Below, piece after piece: positions 62,118 through 64,000 of a stretch of DNA of 64,000 bases. Origin of the DNA: Saccostrea cucullata (lineage: Eukaryota). Where the stretch lies: assembly GCF_032062105.1 (NCBI RefSeq), contig NW_026938695.1:434001-498000 (forward strand), read 5' to 3'. Within the stretch, counting starts at the first letter, position 1; every line of letters begins with the position of its first letter. The position numbers were made by a program, and so were the translations under genes. Under the pieces are notes generated by a model, which was not told the origin of the DNA, searched no databases, and saw only the letters and a list, made by a program, of their open reading frames with translations.

Positions 62118-63467
62118 GAGAAGGGTGTAATAATTTCACCGATATCTCAGGTTGTAAGCAAGTGGTGAGAAAAATGTGAAGAAATTCGAACTAGAGCTCT
62201 TCTGTCAATGAAGATAAAAATAATAAAATTTTATTCTAAATCCGTACTTTACACCGTGGTATGTACATATCCGGAATGCTTTTTATTCAATCTTGTAAAA
62301 AGTACACTCTGAATAAATTTAAATATTGATTACCAGTAAAAATAGTTATTATTTTTTATTTTGTATCCTTCATTATTCTTCAAAAATTTTATGAGGAAAA
62401 GGGGGAGGGGGATTTTAATAGAAAGTATGTAACATTATTTACTTTTCATGATAAAAAAAAATTAAAAGGAAACATGTAGAGCTATTAAATTTTCATTTCG
62501 GTTGTACCCCTCGAAAACATTACAAACAAGTATTTATATCCCAATCATTATATATCAAACAAAATTTTTATCGAATTTTTTGCTTTCGGAAAAGGCTGGA
62601 TTTATTTCATCCTCGAGGCTGTTGTTGCATGTATTTCAATTTTGATAAAATTTCAATTAGATATTTAGATTTTGATCTCTATTATAAAATTTACGAGTTT
62701 ACTAATCTCCCACTGGCAAAAACCGATTCAAATGAAAGCTTTGGAGTATTTTAATTAATTTCCAGAAACATTTATTTCAGTCTTATCACAAATGGAAATC
62801 CAGCACCTGTTACACGCGTATGTTGTGTGGTATAATGACGGTTGGTCAGTTTACTATCACAAAATAATGTTACGTGTATCACTGTAGCATTCAAAATAAA
62901 ACTGAAACAATTCCGATCTCTTATTAATCCATATTAAGCAATTGAGAAAGAGCGGATATCTGAAACTGGGTAAGTTTCCATCATTTTAAAACTACTTACC
63001 AGTATAGAAAATTATTGATATCAACAAGATAACATGTCAAATTAAAAAAAATATATTAAAATAAAAAAAGAAGAAAAGAATTTAATTTTAATGGCATATT
63101 GATTTGGAAGTTTAAGTCTTAAATTTGAAAATAACAGTCTGTAATTAACTGAGTACTGAACAAATTTATTTGTCTTTAACTATGAAACAAAAAACCCAGC
63201 CCATCTTTTTTTTAAAAAAAATCTATATAAAAAAAGCCACGGTCCGTCCTTTCGTAATTCCTTATAAATTTTTTTTAATTAAAAAAAAATCATAATTTTA
63301 AAGGATACATGAAATGAGATTGATTGAAAAATATTAGAAAAAAAACTGTTAGCGGTAGCATAATATATGTTAAGAAAATGTTTGAATTTCATATTGAATA
63401 TCAAAGTTTTCGTTTGAAATATTACATAGTTATACATATTAATTAAAATTATTTCCACTTACAGAAT

Positions 63468-63516
63468 ATGAAACAACTGTGTATTTTAATACTTCTGTCC
63501 TTGTTCCATTTATCAG
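63468..63516 (+). CDS. First coding exon (signal peptide) of a secreted or membrane protein continuing beyond the window
   Basis: ccacttacAG|aatATG...MKQLCILILLSLFHLS|GTAAG (phase 1). Candidate upstream non-coding exon donor G|GTAAGT at 62969/62970. Confidence 0.65.
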
Positions 63517-64000
63517 GTAAGATGAAAATTTCTTTCTTTCTTTCTTTTATTTTTCCATTTAAAAATAATGGTGACTGTTCTTTAAATTATGAATAAAACT
63601 CTGTGGCGGTTAAGTGTTTTCTTTTTTATCTTAATCAATCTTTAACAATTATCCTTGTTTACCATTACTTTGATAAAAAGAACTTTTATATTCAATGTAT
63701 GTACATATATTTGTCAACATTCATTTAAGTTTTTAATGAAGTAAAAATCAGTTCAGTCTTATTTTCAAATTTTATTTCCCCAAATTCCTTGACTATATAT
63801 GAATAAACGAATCATCAGTTTTTCAGAGGGGGTATATTTAAAAAATGTTTATATAAAAAAATCTAATTATCTGAAGAAATAGTTAACAAGCAAATTAAAA
63901 AAAAAAAAAGAAAATACAAAATTGTTTAAGGTAGTCCGATCCTCAGGTTTATAAAATTAGCAGTTAAGCAATCAAAACTACTCATAAAAGTATCTCTGAA

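Overview
AT-rich, intron-rich animal DNA, most likely an oyster (Ostreidae-type Cg170-like satellite/Helentron repeats, Deu-type SINEs, bivalve-style TRIM and GPCR genes). There are two assembly gaps (2458-2596, 33389-33543). Genes spliced by hand from GT-AG sites, in order: the 3' part of a SUEL/rhamnose-binding lectin (-); a 10-exon, ~521-aa ADP-ribosyltransferase with the unusual architecture PBZ-PBZ / coiled coil / PARP catalytic domain (H-Y-E) / acidic linker / BRCT (+); a 15-exon, ~660-aa calpain-like protein with an MGCGGS acylation motif, all three catalytic residues replaced and two domain-III modules (+); three intronless RING-Bbox-Bbox-coiled-coil TRIM copies (one pseudogene, two intact, -), two of them produced by a tandem duplication whose microhomology junction is visible at ~35812; a class-B-like 7TM receptor with a mucin-like repeat stalk (+); PYM1/WIBG (-), with a MITE inserted at the TTAA containing its stop codon; and the signal-peptide exon of a gene running off the window (+). 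Introns and intergenic DNA are dense with MITEs, SINEs, mariner relics and satellite-carrying elements. The best candidates for novelty are the PBZ-PARP-BRCT reader/writer enzyme and the acylated pseudo-calpain. No database search was possible, so novelty is unverified.
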